A stretch of DNA of 62,469 nt, counting the filler, from Choristocarpus tenellus KU-1152 (taxonomy: Eukaryota > Protista > Phaeophyceae): NCBI GenBank assembly GCA_964200185.2. It is 12 parts of 12 records of this genome, joined end to end, with 100 filler letters (N's around TTAATTAATTAA, not from the genome) between each part and the next. Parts side by side here need not be neighbours in the genome. Positions count along the whole stretch, not along the records: positions 59,599 to 62,469 come from CAXNAD020024048.1; 11 more parts are not named here. One strand, given 5' to 3'. A program made the translations under genes and the position numbers. A model generated the notes under the pieces. It saw nothing but the letters and a program-made list of their open reading frames with translations, was not told the origin of the DNA and searched no databases. How positions within the stretch are numbered: position 1 is the first letter of the stretch; every line of letters begins with the position of its first letter. This document shows positions 60,750 to 62,469 of the stretch, piece after piece.

Positions 60750-62469
60750 ACAGGTCAAAGCTCACCGTGCTCCAGTGCCACGAAGTACAGAATCTTGGGC
60801 AACAAGGAAACTTGAGAGGCTTGGTGAGAAAATCTCCATGTTGCTCCTCAGATCCCACATGCACAACTTCTATAGTCTTATCCTTAACTCGCTGCCTGAG
60901 GAAAAGATGACGTACACCTATATGCTTTGTCTGATATTGGGCTGCCGAGCTTGGTTTGCTATATCCAGGTGTATAGATCTGATTCAAAGAATCTTAAAGG
61001 GTAGGGCCACGTCCGTTTGGGGCCCAAAATCCACTGTTGCGATTTTGATGTAAGTTTGGCTATTTTGTTTGTTTGGAAGTATCAATAACCTTGTTCGGAC
61101 ACACCTCTTCATAACGTGTACATTTTACCTACTCGAAATCGTTTCAGCGTAGATTAAATGACATAAAAAACCCATGGGAAGCCAAACCCCAAAACGGACA
61201 AACAGGGAAAAACTTGTACCCTCTAAGGTACTTTCACTCATCCCGCCACGCACCACACTGCCGCTGCAACAAATGCCGCCTTGCTACCGACGAGGAAGTG
61301 AACACACTGGACACTCTTGTGGTCAAAGCTTCTGTCCAAGACGCAACAGCGCCATGTTCGTGCATAGGAAGGACTTTGCTGACATGACCTACTGTGTATG
61401 TTCATCATGCATCAGCGAGGTCGCCATTACATGAGTGACCTCGAGGGCTGGTACTGTATCTGCCAATTCTTTGGGTTCAACTATATCCAGATAGGAGCTT
61501 CTATCCCCGACTCTCTAACTCGGCTCAAGGCACAGCTAGTAACCCTATCCAGGTTTACAAAGTCCAATATCTGTCTCAAGAAGAGTACTTCCTTAGCTGT
61601 ATCACTCAAAGCTACATACTCAGCTTCGGTTGTAGAAAAAGTAACATAGAAAAAGTAACATGGCGCTGTTGCGTCTTGGACAGAAGCTTTGACCACAAGA
61701 TTGTCCAGTGTGTTCACTTCCTCGTCGGTAGCAAGGCGGCATTCGTTGTAGCGGCAGTGGTGCACAGTGGGATCTACACCTGCATATAGCAAACCGAGCT
61801 TGGCAGCCCACTAACGGACAAAGAGTATAGATGTACGTCATCTTTTCCTCAGGCAGTTAGTTGGGGATAAGATTATTGAAGTTGGTGCATGTGGGATCTG
61901 AGGAGCAACATGTAGATTTTCTCACCAAGCCTCTCAATCACGGTAATTTCATGTATCATGTGAGAGCTGCAATGAATTTATCATGATTTTAATTTTCAGG
62001 ATTTGCAGTGTAGCTAGGGTAAACCTAGGACCAATGTTGCATTGTTATAGGACATTGTGAGTGCACAGCAGGAGAGGATATTTGCATAAGGAGATGCTTT
62101 GAAGTGCTGTACACAACAAATGTCATCAGTACACATGAAGAATTAATTATGTGCGTAGAAAGATAATGTGTGTAATACTGTAGATCAGTGACGGATCAGA
62201 AAAATTGGAAGATAGGGATATTGAAGAAATGTTTTAGGAAATGTTTCTATCAGTGATACACCGAATTGCGTGAGTGCGTGATTATGGAGAGTAGGCACTA
62301 GCTCCCCCTTATGGATAGATCTCACTCTTCACTATAACTTGATAAAGCACGTTCTACATCATTATCTTCTTGGTAAAACACCACGCTCTTTGGGAGTGTG
62401 CGAACATGTTGATCGTTTCTACATAGATCAATGGATGATCCAAGCCTACCCACTATCTCATCCACCAAC
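60750..62469. mobile_element. Rearranged Copia RNase H fragments in both orientations, with probable PPT and 3' LTR (~62079-62469)
   Basis: Minus strand: TKHIGVRHLFLRQRV...EQHGDFLTKPL (60810-60930) and STTEAEYVALS (~61610-61640). Plus strand: KSIDVRHLFLRQ...DFLTKPL (61820-61985), then purine tract AGCAGGAGAGGA and LTR-like sequence. Confidence 0.75.
60981..61239. mobile_element. MITE family 1, full copy
   Basis: TIRs present; flanks ATCT/ATCC; the empty paralogous site is at ~61770. Confidence 0.9.

Noticed and set aside
4499-61239. Recurrent ~25-bp repeats as a CRISPR array
   Set aside because: They are dispersed inverted termini of MITEs with TSDs, not regularly spaced direct repeats; no cas genes are present.

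Overview
This is not contiguous DNA. It is 12 short eukaryotic contigs joined by 11 artificial 100-bp spacers (44 N + TTAATTAATTAA + 44 N). Intron-rich genes, TTAGGG-type repeats and a flagellar dynein light chain suggest a flagellate-stage stramenopile such as a brown alga (inference). Manual splicing gives one complete gene (outer-arm dynein LC4-like EF-hand protein). Partial genes encode a PA-domain protein, a Rab32/38-like GTPase, a Nup93-like nucleoporin, a TauE/SafE transporter, a cNMP-binding protein, a conserved unknown protein, and a spliced (at least 8 exons, >900 aa) phage tail-fibre-like protein with an intact Peptidase S74 autocleaving chaperone motif. That last gene is the most striking item. 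The non-genic DNA is rich in decayed Copia, mariner/Tc1 and RLE-LINE relics, plus over 20 whole or partial copies of related MITEs that share a terminal motif and make sequence-nonspecific 3-bp target duplications. All family assignments come from motif recognition by eye; no searches were run.
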